A stretch of 64,000 nt of DNA from positions 896,001 through 960,000 of the forward strand of contig CBDDIJ010000005.1 of the NCBI GenBank assembly GCA_965228855.1, read 5' to 3'. The notes under the pieces were generated by a model. It was not told the origin of the DNA, searched no databases, and saw only the letters and a list, made by a program, of their open reading frames with translations. Source of the stretch: Candidatus Obscuribacterales bacterium. GTDB taxonomy: Bacteria; Cyanobacteriota; Vampirovibrionia; Obscuribacterales; Obscuribacteraceae. Below are positions 1 through 9,681 of the stretch, in pieces (the stretch's first letter is position 1; each line of letters opens with the position of its first letter). A program made the position numbers and the translations under genes.

Positions 1-2
1 AT

Positions 3-350
3 TTCGACAAACAAGCCAGCCGGGACTTGATCAAATATTTCGAAAGAGAACTAAACCGAAAGATTAGTGTCGAGGTTGAGCTACTTTCAGACGTTCCCTC
101 ACCGACTTTCGGCGGGCTGCCCACCATATACTGCTGGGTCAAGGTCAAGGATGGTCCTCAACTCTTGAAAGAGGGAGTAGCAATCCTGACGACTCAAAAC
201 AAGCATGACGTCCTCGTTCAGTCGTTCTTTACAGGTGCGCAAGTTAAGGCAAATCCCGACCTCGTCCGAAAGAAATTTCCCCACGAGATGGTGCCCGAGA
301 TCCTTTTTCGGGCCGGTCTCCGCGCGATGCCGAAACCAATCACGCGATAA
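3..350 (+). CDS. Hypothetical protein, 5'-truncated by the window edge
   Basis: The frame of ORF 27..350 is open back to position 3 (FDKQASRDLIKYF...), so the real start is probably upstream of the window. Confidence 0.6.
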   Translation, partial: FDKQASRDLIKYFERELNRKISVEVELLSDVPSPTFGGLPTIYCWVKVKDGPQLLKEGVAILTTQNKHDVLVQSFFTGAQVKANPDLVRKKFPHEMVPEILFRAGLRAMPKPITR

Positions 351-430
351 GTTTCGAACATCGGCTCTCTCACATCCAACCATCGGATCTTGTCCACCGA
401 GGTTTCCCCAGCGTGGCGACTAAGGGAAAC

Positions 431-1600
431 CTAAATGGGACGCCAGCCTTGTTTGCGAGACCGAATCGCGTCAGCCTCCTCATCACACTTTAACGCCTCG
501 GTGTGGCGCTGCATTTTTCGCAGAAGCTTTGCGTATTGCTCAAGTACATCAGCGACGCGCACATTGGTTTCACCGAAGACGCGTCGCCGAATTAAGATGG
601 CGCGCTCGAATAAAGGCATAGCTCTATCGTAATACCCCTCGAAGTAATACAATCTCGCAAGATTTTTCAGACTGGTTGCCACCATGTGATGGTGCAGCCC
701 GAAACGTTTTTCTCTGATGTTGAGCGCTTCTTGCAGTATCGGTTCCATCTCAGAATAGCGACGGCATCTGCAAAGCAGATCTGCCAGACGAGTCAAACAA
801 TCTGCGAGTTGCGCGGCATCGCCGCCGGTGAGTTGGCGAACCAGATCCACTTCCAGGCGCGCTTCTTTGATCGCATCTTGAAGCGCTTCAGCGTTGCTGG
901 TCAGATGCAAATGATCCGGTATCGCATCAAGAACCGTCGAGGAATCGTGTGGGTGAAAAGAACTCCATCCATCTTTCGTAGCAGTGAAGCCGTCACCCGC
1001 GGTGCCAGGACTGGCATCGATCGGCTTGTGTTTACCGGAACTGAACCAGCTCTCCATCTCCTGACGAGTCGGTACGTGACCGTCCTTGTCGGGCGACAGA
1101 TCATACATTCGTCTTCCATAGTTCTGGTCACCATTCGGAGGTTGCGTTCGAGCAACCGGCGAACCTAATGGTGGCACTTTGGGAGTCGCAGTGCTGCTGG
1201 CGATTTGTCGTTGTTGTCCCGATTGCGTGGTTGGACTTTTTATTGAGTGGCTACCGATAGGATTGGCTACTCTTGGTGGGCCTTGACCGGCTTTAAAATC
1301 ACTCTGACTCGCGGCTCGCATTTCGTTGCTCACTCGTTCGAGTCGATCGCCTTTCAAAGCAAGAACTTTGTTCAGGCTCTTTCTGCTATCTTCCATTTCG
1401 GAACGATGAACACCATTGAGTCGTTCACGAATGGACAGAGCTCGCCTGTAGAGAGCTTCGGCATCATCCAGCATTCCTCTATCGAGATAGAGATCGGCCA
1501 ATTTCGAGACCGTGCTGGCAACTTCCGGGCTTCCGGAGCCGAGAGCCTGTTCTTGAATGGTCAAAAACCTTTTCAATTCAGGTATAGTTTCGCATTTCAT
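431..1600 (-). CDS. Tetratricopeptide-repeat protein (kinesin-light-chain-like TPRs flanking a disordered linker)
   Basis: Repeats such as VASTVSKLADLYLDRGMLDDAEALYRRALSIRE and VATSLKNLARLYYFEGYYDRAMPLFERAILIR. Confidence 0.85.
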   Translation of the reverse strand: MKCETIPELKRFLTIQEQALGSGSPEVASTVSKLADLYLDRGMLDDAEALYRRALSIRERLNGVHRSEMEDSRKSLNKVLALKGDRLERVSNEMRAASQSDFKAGQGPPRVANPIGSHSIKSPTTQSGQQRQIASSTATPKVPPLGSPVARTQPPNGDQNYGRRMYDLSPDKDGHVPTRQEMESWFSSGKHKPIDASPGTAGDGFTATKDGWSSFHPHDSSTVLDAIPDHLHLTSNAEALQDAIKEARLEVDLVRQLTGGDAAQLADCLTRLADLLCRCRRYSEMEPILQEALNIREKRFGLHHHMVATSLKNLARLYYFEGYYDRAMPLFERAILIRRRVFGETNVRVADVLEQYAKLLRKMQRHTEALKCDEEADAIRSRKQGWRPI

Positions 1601-2030
1601 AGGAAGATTCCCGTTCGGTTCGCAAATCGTTGATGCGGAGATGTTTGGGCCCTATTCCAAACAGACGCGCGTTGGTATCGCATTCGATATCAACTATGTT
1701 CGACGATTGCGAACAAAGATACAGCAAATGTCAATTAGCTACTTTTCAAAGGAACTTGGGGTAAGTGATTCAAAAAATTCAAACTAAAGAGAGAACGAAT
1801 AAGCAGGCTCCAGGGACCTCTCTCTCTGAGAGCTGACCGTCCAATTACCTCCCGTAGTTACTAACCGTCCATATACATTCTTGCTCACCGGATTCAAGGC
1901 CGGTGATCCCTAATCCTATAAAGTTGTATAGGAACCGGTATCTAAGTCACCGATTTTCAGCATTTTTTCGATCGAAAGTGAGACATTCCCATGTTCATTA
2001 CGACTGAAAACAATCCGCTGGTGAGCTTGT

Positions 2031-2918
2031 TTAGCTTGCAAGATCCGCAAAATGCTTATCGAGGTCCTTTTGCTCTTGTGTTTGATTTTTGTAGAAGGAA
2101 TCGGTTGAAGCATAGATGTCGCTCAACGATATGCCTAAATTATTGAAACGACCGTCATCAAAATTGTCTTTGATCTTGTCGTAGTTCTCTCTCAGTTCGA
2201 GCGCGGCTAAGGCTCTGCTCAAGCCAGTTAAGAAGTCTTTGTCATCTGGAACATTTGAATTATCCAATTCCTTTCCAGACAAAAAACCATCTCCATCGCT
2301 ATCCATCTCATCGAAAACAGCAGGCAAATAGTCAGTTACTCTTGAGGCACTCTCCGCGTCATGCCGGTTGCTCATCCAATTATTGAAAGCTGCCTTGATG
2401 TCGTCCCTCGTGGCGCCGTCATCTTCTTTGCCCCACTCGTCGTTGCTTTGATTTTGAATGAGATCGCCACCACCTTTAATAAGGTCTTGAATGACTTTCT
2501 CTCGACCGTTAAGAAACGCACCATTAGCCTCTTTCTCAGTCACGTGCCCATCACCGTCGGCATCCATCTTCCGGAAATAGGTATTGATGGTCTTGTTCAG
2601 CAGCTTCGGATCTCTCATAAGTTCGTCTAAGAATTTTGACGAGGTTTCGTCCTGTCCAGGGGAAACCATCTCTGAATTTTTCTGTGAGTCCTCACCAGCC
2701 TGTCCTGATTCTGCTTCAGGGGCGGATTTTGACTTGGCTGTGGAACCGGCTTCTGCTGCAGGGCCAGGTTTAGTTGTGGCCGCGGGACCGGATTCAGTTT
2801 CAGTTGCCGGCACGAGCGGGCGAGCTTGACTCTGCTCGATCTCTTGCAGAAAATCTGGTGACGGCGGTCTGTTTGCATTTTCTTTTGAAGGTTTATCCGA
2901 AGTTTGTTTATCGAGCAT
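2031..2918 (-). CDS. EF-hand calcium-binding protein with a disordered N-terminus
   Basis: EF-hand loops DADGDGHVTEKE and DSDGDGFLSGKE. ATG at 2918 preferred over TTG 2951. No Sec signal peptide. Confidence 0.8.
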   Translation of the reverse strand: MLDKQTSDKPSKENANRPPSPDFLQEIEQSQARPLVPATETESGPAATTKPGPAAEAGSTAKSKSAPEAESGQAGEDSQKNSEMVSPGQDETSSKFLDELMRDPKLLNKTINTYFRKMDADGDGHVTEKEANGAFLNGREKVIQDLIKGGGDLIQNQSNDEWGKEDDGATRDDIKAAFNNWMSNRHDAESASRVTDYLPAVFDEMDSDGDGFLSGKELDNSNVPDDKDFLTGLSRALAALELRENYDKIKDNFDDGRFNNLGISLSDIYASTDSFYKNQTQEQKDLDKHFADLAS

Positions 2919-3124
2919 AGTAAAAACCTCAATTCGCAACGCCTTCCTCAATCACGGAGATTGGGGAAAGAACTGTTTGTAAGTAATGAAAAAAGTGAGT
3001 GAGCGATAGTGCGGCGAATTGCTCTTTAAACTGCTGTGAGTTGCAGTGAAAGTAGTGTGCCACATGGTCACTATCTGTTCGCTACGGATTTACGCAAACA
3101 TTCGTGCGGGCTCGATAAACCGAC

Positions 3125-3931
3125 TTAATCAGCAATCTGCTGAAGCTTCTCATAGTCGGAGCCAGAAAGTTGAAGTCTTGCACACTCCAGAAGGTCGGGA
3201 ATTTTATCCTCACGGTCCGCTCGAACCGCAGCATCAATAAGCATCTTTGCGGAGTCAAAATTCTTGCAATTCGCAATTACTCGCTTCGCAATCTCGTCAG
3301 CCTGGAAATCTTTCCTCAGACCGAGAGCCAATTCGAACAGATCAGTTCCATAACCGGATATTTTGTCTAGTACAAGCCACTCAGCAATCGAAGAGACGCC
3401 GACCGAGAACAGCTTTTCATATTCATACATGAGTATCGAGTGGAGAAACCTTCCGCCAAAACGATCGAAATGACTAGAGAGCGCGTCGTAATCCTTTTTC
3501 CGAAGATAGTAGTGATAACAAGCGGAGACAATTCCGTCGCGGGTGGAATCATCGGCGATTCCGCGCTCCTCAAGCTCATGAAGCACCTCAAGTAGGCGCT
3601 CAGATTCTCCAATACTAGTTGTTATATACTGCCATTCAGCCACTCTTTTTGAATCGAACTCGCCCTTCAAAATCAAGCTCTCAGCCTTGTCACGCCTGTC
3701 CCTGAGAAAAGCTAGTGCGGGTGGATAGGATCTGCCGAGCGAAACAATCTCATGCAAGATCAAAATTCGCGTCGAATTAGGACCTCTAGTAATACTGTCG
3801 TAAGCCACGAGAAAACGCTCGAGGCCGTCGGCAAAATTCCCAGAGTCAACAAGCTTTCTACCCTCTGCGACTATATCTTTCATTTGCTGAGCGAACTTGA
3901 GCCTGTCATCATCGCAGCTGCTAATAGGCAT
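3125..3931 (-). CDS. Hypothetical all-helical protein, paralog of 3979..4852
   Basis: 268-aa ORF that aligns by eye with the divergent neighbour (IVSLGRSYPPA vs ISALVRNYAPA; LFELALGL vs TYEVALAL; LIDAAVR vs LIRAAIR). Confidence 0.75.
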   Translation of the reverse strand: MPISSCDDDRLKFAQQMKDIVAEGRKLVDSGNFADGLERFLVAYDSITRGPNSTRILILHEIVSLGRSYPPALAFLRDRRDKAESLILKGEFDSKRVAEWQYITTSIGESERLLEVLHELEERGIADDSTRDGIVSACYHYYLRKKDYDALSSHFDRFGGRFLHSILMYEYEKLFSVGVSSIAEWLVLDKISGYGTDLFELALGLRKDFQADEIAKRVIANCKNFDSAKMLIDAAVRADREDKIPDLLECARLQLSGSDYEKLQQIAD

Positions 3932-3978
3932 TTGCCAGCACTCCAGTCAGATAGTTCACCAGGCTCTATAATAAACCA

Positions 3979-4852
3979 ATGGAGAATTTCACCCCAGAAA
4001 CATCAGCCAGGCGTCCCTCTGCAAAAGAGAAATTAGCGCTCAGAGTTAGCCAGGAGCTTGATATCGTAGAAACGCTGGTGAAGAACAAACAATACACCCT
4101 TGCAATGAAAAAGTTAAAGTGTGTTCGCCAACAGTGACGACAGCTTCGTATTGACACTTGCTCTCGATCCAATTTCTGCTCTGGTAAGAAATTATGCGCC
4201 CGCGAAGGTGGCAGTACGAAGATGGCGCAACGACAAAGAAAAACTGATTATCTCTCGCAGAGCGGACCGGCAGGTTATCCGCGAATGGATAACCCTTAAC
4301 CAGATTCTGAAAGAGCGCAAACGCACCTTCGAGGTGCTGGTTAAGCAATCCGAAGAGGCTGATTCCGACGACTGTCGACAATTGTTCACTTATTTTATTT
4401 GGAAACAGCTTGTCCGACAGCGAAGATACTCTTTACTAGAAAGCAACCTGCGGAGCCTTGGACTCAGCCTGTTGAGCTACGCGATGGAATCGGAGTGCGA
4501 TAGATTGTTTCCAAACCACTGCGGTGTAGACATGTCCAGGTGGACGCGGAATTGGAACAAGAGATTTCACTTGGAATTCATGCGTGAAGATGGTTGCCTA
4601 ACTTACGAAGTCGCGCTTGCACTGGGTGAGAAAAAAGCTGCCGCTGTTTTTGCCAAGAAGATTTTGAGTGTGGAAACCAATGATGCAATGTTCGCAAGGC
4701 TTATCAGAGCTGCGATTCGCACGAGAGATTACGAGGAAGCTGTCAGTATTTATCGAACCGCACTAGAGACGTTTAGCAAGCGTCGGCTCTCAAAGTCCAC
4801 CAAGATGCTCAAGACAATGCCGAAGACAAAGCTGGCAAAGTTCGCTCTCTGA
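3979..4852 (+). pseudogene. Frameshifted paralog of 3125..3931 (pseudogene or sequencing error)
   Basis: ATG 3979 opens MENFTPE...LAMKKLKCV and stops at TGA 4135-4137. The homologous remainder continues in the +1 frame from 4121 to 4852, with the break at AAGTGTGTTC. Confidence 0.6.
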
Positions 4853-5201
4853 AGGATTGAAATTGCTGAAAACCGCGCCCGTACAGCTGGATTATAGTGA
4901 CAACCAATAACAGTAGCGAATACTGGTACGACGAAACCGGCTACCTGTACGGGTCTCCAAAGACCGTACCTGCATAAGATTTGTGGATCAGGTTAGGGTA
5001 GCCTATACAAAATTACGGTCGTATTGATAACACGTGCACGGGTGCATCGTTTAGTATCGCTATAAGGCACTCTTTGTTGAGGATTTCATTTCACCACCTT
5101 TTCGACACACCATCACCGGTGCCACGCCTAAGCTCGGTGACACGCTCTAGAATTTCACCACCAAAAATTTTCGACATAACCCATAAATAGGTAGTCACCT
5201 A

Positions 5202-6254
5202 GTGATGAGTGATGAAAAAGAGGAGCGCCTGAAGTTAGTTCAGGCGGAGCTCTCAAAATACATTAAGAACGGTACGCCAACAGAAAAAGACAGAGGGAAA
5301 GAGAGTCAGGCGTCGCAAGCGTTTGACCAGGAAGATACTGTGGACGACCTGGATAACAATATGGCGCCTGAAGAGCACGGTCGCAAACCGTGGACTACTC
5401 GTCTTGCAGATGAATGGCATTTAGCCGGCGAAAGCGCGCCGCTAGCCAATCGAAGGATTGGTCAGCATTCCAGCGAGGTAGAGATGGATATCACAGCAGA
5501 CTTTCCGACGTCGCCGAATCCATTCAGCGCATCGACAAATCACGCGCTTGCCGAAATAGCCAAAGCGAAGTCCACGCCTGTGTCGACTCTTACGTGGCTC
5601 TCCGACAATCCGAACATCGAAGTTCGCAAAGCCACCGCTGGTAATACCAATACACCAGGCGCTGTTTTGAGAAAGCTCGGCAAAGATTGGGATGCATCAG
5701 TGCGCCTGGCGGTTTTGGACAATTCGAAGGTGCCGATTGACGTCATTACCGAGCTATCAAACGATACCAATCCGCTGGTTTCATTGAGGGCTTGCTACGC
5801 TCTGGATGAGCGCAGGAAGAGTGTCGAGAATATTCTGGCGAAAACACCGCCGCCCGCACAAACTATTAAGGACATACCGAATCTTCAGGCGTATAACAAA
5901 TACATGCAGCCGGGAGCCGCTCAAAATCTGTCTCTTCAGACGACTCCAGAGGCGATTGAGTTTTTAAAACTTGTGGCGGAACGGCAATCGACACCACCTC
6001 AACGGCTCGCTGAACTTTCCAATCATCCTGCTGGTGAAGTGCGCGCGGCAATCGCCTCGAACTGCAACACGCCTCTGAATATTCTGTGGCGGCTATCGCT
6101 GGACATGGATCCGGTTGTGAAAAGCGCTTTGACCAAAAACGAAGGCTGTCCGATAGAATTACTCCGCGAACTCATGCGGGACAACGACCGAGCCGTCAGA
6201 CGGCAGGCACAGAACGAAGTCAGCCGATTGGAGTCGATGGATAGCAACGCCTAG
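5202..6254 (+). CDS. Leucine-rich-repeat-variant (LRV)/HEAT-like repeat protein
   Basis: Repeats like LSDNPNIEVRKATAGNTNTP, LGKDWDASVRLAVLDNSKVP, LSNHPAGEVRAAIASNCNTP; acidic disordered N-terminus. Confidence 0.8.
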   Translation: MMSDEKEERLKLVQAELSKYIKNGTPTEKDRGKESQASQAFDQEDTVDDLDNNMAPEEHGRKPWTTRLADEWHLAGESAPLANRRIGQHSSEVEMDITADFPTSPNPFSASTNHALAEIAKAKSTPVSTLTWLSDNPNIEVRKATAGNTNTPGAVLRKLGKDWDASVRLAVLDNSKVPIDVITELSNDTNPLVSLRACYALDERRKSVENILAKTPPPAQTIKDIPNLQAYNKYMQPGAAQNLSLQTTPEAIEFLKLVAERQSTPPQRLAELSNHPAGEVRAAIASNCNTPLNILWRLSLDMDPVVKSALTKNEGCPIELLRELMRDNDRAVRRQAQNEVSRLESMDSNA

Positions 6255-6311
6255 GCTGTGGTAGAAGGCTATTAGAGAGAAGCAGAGAAAATAGCCTTTT
6301 GTCGGTTTTGC

Positions 6312-8237
6312 ATGTCAACGGAACTGCCCTCCGATTTCCCCAAGGATCTGCTCAGCAGATACGACGAGATTCGCTACATTACTCGTGGCGGAATGGGCGT
6401 TCTGTTTCGCGCGCACGACAAGACACTCGATAAACTGGTCGCAATCAAAGCATTGCCATCGGGCAACTTGCTGGGCAATGAAAAGGTTGTTCGCTTTCAA
6501 AAGGAAGCGAAGGCAGCTGGCATTCTCGACCACACCAACATCGTCAAAGTTTTGGACTTCGGCGTCACGCCCTCCGGAGATCCTTATCTCATAATGGATT
6601 TCGTCGATGGTCCGTCTCTAGCCGACGAAATCACTAACAACGGTCCAATGGAACTGACTACAGCGCTCCGCTATTTCGTAGAGATAGCAGATGGACTGGC
6701 TCACGCACACAGGCACGGAGTAATTCACCGCGACGTAAAGCCGAGCAACGTCATGCTGGCACATGCGGATGAGTTTGAGAAAGAAGCAAGAATTGTAGAT
6801 TTCGGCGTAGCGCACATGCGTCGAGTCGATTCTGATGACCCGGGTTTTGAAAGCACCGGCAGCAATATCATCGGTTCACCAGGCTATATTAGCCCAGAAG
6901 TGGTATCAGGTGGAAAAGCAGACCAGCGCTCGGATGTTTATTCATTGGGATGTTTGATGTTTGAGACGCTAAGCGGTCAATTGCCGTTTGTCACTGACAC
7001 GGCCATGCAGACAATGGCAGCCCACGTTAACAACGCCCCTCCCGAGATCTCCGACTTCCTTCACGATGAAGCCAACCAGGAACTGGCTTCAGCGATGTCT
7101 GAAATTGTGATGAAGTGTTTAAGCAAAAACCCGGCAATGCGATTCAAAACTGCTGAGGACTTGAAGCTCGCACTCATCGAATGCGCTGGTTTTATCGAAG
7201 AAGAGCACCGCGCCGCAATTACCGAACACGTCACCGCGCCTGGTGGCATATTCAAATCGTGGTCGTTTTATTCTCCGGCCCATACAAAAACGCCAATGCT
7301 CTTTGCGGGCATTGCGATTTTAATTCCGATCGGCCTGATGTTCTGGATAGGACCTTCTATGCTCGCCGAACTCCGCGGCGAGCGTAATGTAAAACAAACA
7401 AAGATGGGAACCGAACTGAAGTTTAAGGACGGGAAATCCACTACATACTCGCAATTTCTAGGTGCCTTAAATCCAGACGGCGACATTGGAAGCATGATGG
7501 AGATCAACTCGCGGAATCTTCCGAAGTTTTGGAACCCTCGCAGAAAACTAGCAAAGCTGAACTATGCAACCATCACGGATGACGCAATGAAAAAACTCGA
7601 AACATATCCCGTCTATCACCTTGAAATAAGGCAATCAAGAATCTCGCCGAAGGCTTTGCAGAGTATAGGCAAATTGCAAAATCTCAATGATTTGAAACTC
7701 GAACTAATCGATGAACTCACTGATGATGACCTTCGATTTCTGCCGCGATTGAAGGATGTTTCCTCGCTGAGTTTAAAAGGAACAAAGATCACGGATAAGA
7801 CTCTCGAGACTGTCTCGAAAATGACTAGCTTGCAAGAATTGTCGCTCGAGGGATGTCAGAAAATCACAGCAAGCGGTATCGAGCTTTTGAAAACTAACGT
7901 CCAGCTGAAGAACCTGTCCATTGGTGCTACCAAGATTCCCGTCACGGCATTGAAGGGCTTTGATGATTTACACGAAGTAAGCGTGCAGTTTAAGAAGCTG
8001 ACACCAGCTGAGGTTGACGTATTAGCATCTCTGAAAGAACTTCGAGGCTTGACGGTAACCGGTTGCAACTTCGGCAAAGCCGATCTCTATAAATTTCTGG
8101 ATGCTAAATTTTTGCAGGACGTAAAAGCGGCGACAACCGCATTGACGGAAGAAGAAGCAAATGCGTTCGAAAAGGACTATTTACAGCGGCAACGCAGATC
8201 TACAAGAGTTCAAACAAGCTATCCGTATACCTATTGA
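6312..8237 (+). CDS. Hanks-type Ser/Thr kinase with one TM helix and C-terminal leucine-rich repeats
   Basis: RGGMG, VAIK, HRDVKPSN, DFG, GSPGYISPE motifs; TM segment LFAGIAILIPIGLMFWIG; LRRs (LQELSLEGCQKIT). Confidence 0.93.
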   Translation: MSTELPSDFPKDLLSRYDEIRYITRGGMGVLFRAHDKTLDKLVAIKALPSGNLLGNEKVVRFQKEAKAAGILDHTNIVKVLDFGVTPSGDPYLIMDFVDGPSLADEITNNGPMELTTALRYFVEIADGLAHAHRHGVIHRDVKPSNVMLAHADEFEKEARIVDFGVAHMRRVDSDDPGFESTGSNIIGSPGYISPEVVSGGKADQRSDVYSLGCLMFETLSGQLPFVTDTAMQTMAAHVNNAPPEISDFLHDEANQELASAMSEIVMKCLSKNPAMRFKTAEDLKLALIECAGFIEEEHRAAITEHVTAPGGIFKSWSFYSPAHTKTPMLFAGIAILIPIGLMFWIGPSMLAELRGERNVKQTKMGTELKFKDGKSTTYSQFLGALNPDGDIGSMMEINSRNLPKFWNPRRKLAKLNYATITDDAMKKLETYPVYHLEIRQSRISPKALQSIGKLQNLNDLKLELIDELTDDDLRFLPRLKDVSSLSLKGTKITDKTLETVSKMTSLQELSLEGCQKITASGIELLKTNVQLKNLSIGATKIPVTALKGFDDLHEVSVQFKKLTPAEVDVLASLKELRGLTVTGCNFGKADLYKFLDAKFLQDVKAATTALTEEEANAFEKDYLQRQRRSTRVQTSYPYTY

Positions 8238-8244
8238 TTGGACT

Positions 8245-9567
8245 TCACTCAAACCGAACGACCTTCCACTGCTTGCCGTGCTTCGCCATAATCAGGTTTT
8301 CGTGCAGCAAATCTGAAGTCGTCAGCTTTCTATCAGCGCTTACCTTATCGCCGTTGATTGAGAGACCGTTGGATTCGAGCTTCCGTTTCGCATCGCCTTT
8401 GCTCGACGCAAGACCGGACTGAACCAGAAACTCGATGATCGACACTCCCTCACCATCAATTACCGATCGGCCCAGCACCGCAGACGGTGCCTCATTAAAG
8501 AAGTCATTGATAACAGACGGGTCGATTGAACGAATATCACCGCTAAACAACGCAGCCGAAATCGCTTGTGCCTTCTTGCATTCCTCGGTCCCATGAACGA
8601 GAGTCGTTACCTCTTCGGCGATATGTTTTTGCAGCGCCCGTTTCTCCGGCGCATCATTCATCTGCTGGAACAATCCATCGAGAACTTCCTTCGATTCCAG
8701 CGAAAACTTCAGAGCGAAATTCTTCACCTCTTCGTCCGCCAGATTCAAGAGAAACTGATAGAACTGATACGGAGAAGTTCTATCCGCCGATAGCCAGATT
8801 GCACCGGACTCGGATTTGCCGAACTTTGTTCCATCCGCGCGCAAAAGCAGCGGACAGGTCAGACCGTGCACCGGCTCTCGCAAAACGCGACGCACGTAAT
8901 CAATGCCGGCAACGATATTTCCCCATTGATCGGAAGCGCCCATTTGCATCGTCACGCCGTGATCCTGGCAAAGGCGCATGAAGTCATACGATTGCAACAA
9001 CGAATAAGCAAATTCAGTGTAGCTCAAGCCCTGGTTCGGATCGTTCAACCGACGCGCAACAGAATCACGGCGCATCATTTCAGAAACCGAAAAATGCTTT
9101 CCAACATCTCGCAAAAATTCAATGATCGTCAGCTTGCCGAGCCACTCGTAGTTGTCCACGAATTGCGGAATTTTATCGCTGGTAACGGCACGCTCGATAA
9201 TCGTCGTAATCATCTTGCGATGACGTTCTACGTTCGCCTGCGCTTCTTCGACTGGAAGCAACGAGCGCTCAACAGATTTGCCGGACGGATCGCCGATCAA
9301 ACCGGTGCCACCACCAAGCAAGACGACACCGGACAAGCCGGCTCTAATGCCGCGGACCACCATCATCACGGCAAGCAAGTTTCCAATCGTCAACGACGGC
9401 GCAGAGGGATCGAAGCCGATATAAAAGCGACGCTGTTTTTCATTCAAATGGGCATTGAGCTCTTCAAGCGGGGTGCTGTCATGAAGCAGACCGCGCCATT
9501 GAAGTTCTTCAATGAACGGATGATTCTGTGTCGCTTCTCCGGTATTTTGCTGAATTGTCTGTGTCAT
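8245..9567 (-). CDS. tyrS: Tyrosine--tRNA ligase
   Basis: YIGFDPSAPSLTIGNL (HIGH-like), GLIGDPSG, GASDQWGNI, KFGKS, C-terminal S4 domain. Confidence 0.97.
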   Translation of the reverse strand: MTQTIQQNTGEATQNHPFIEELQWRGLLHDSTPLEELNAHLNEKQRRFYIGFDPSAPSLTIGNLLAVMMVVRGIRAGLSGVVLLGGGTGLIGDPSGKSVERSLLPVEEAQANVERHRKMITTIIERAVTSDKIPQFVDNYEWLGKLTIIEFLRDVGKHFSVSEMMRRDSVARRLNDPNQGLSYTEFAYSLLQSYDFMRLCQDHGVTMQMGASDQWGNIVAGIDYVRRVLREPVHGLTCPLLLRADGTKFGKSESGAIWLSADRTSPYQFYQFLLNLADEEVKNFALKFSLESKEVLDGLFQQMNDAPEKRALQKHIAEEVTTLVHGTEECKKAQAISAALFSGDIRSIDPSVINDFFNEAPSAVLGRSVIDGEGVSIIEFLVQSGLASSKGDAKRKLESNGLSINGDKVSADRKLTTSDLLHENLIMAKHGKQWKVVRFE

Positions 9568-9681
9568 CGGACTGTGCCCTGAGTGGAAACCACAGCCAGT
9601 TTAACAGCCCAATTCCGTCCCTGTCATCGAAACAGCCGCGACTCTTTACTTCAAAATACATCCCTGTTCGATCCGGAGACT

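Noticed and set aside
1833..1906. CT(G/A)ACCGTCCA direct repeat and TCACCGG/CCGGTGA hairpin
   Set aside because: Only two short copies and a hairpin without a U tract; function cannot be supported.
2966..2995. Possible fifth copy of the conserved box upstream of the EF-hand gene
   Set aside because: Only about 10/16 match and no TAnnnT at the required distance.
8866..9582. 238-aa ORF antisense to tyrS (likewise 11698..12453, 42407..43042, 63193..63879)
   Set aside because: These lie opposite conserved housekeeping genes and have no recognisable motifs.
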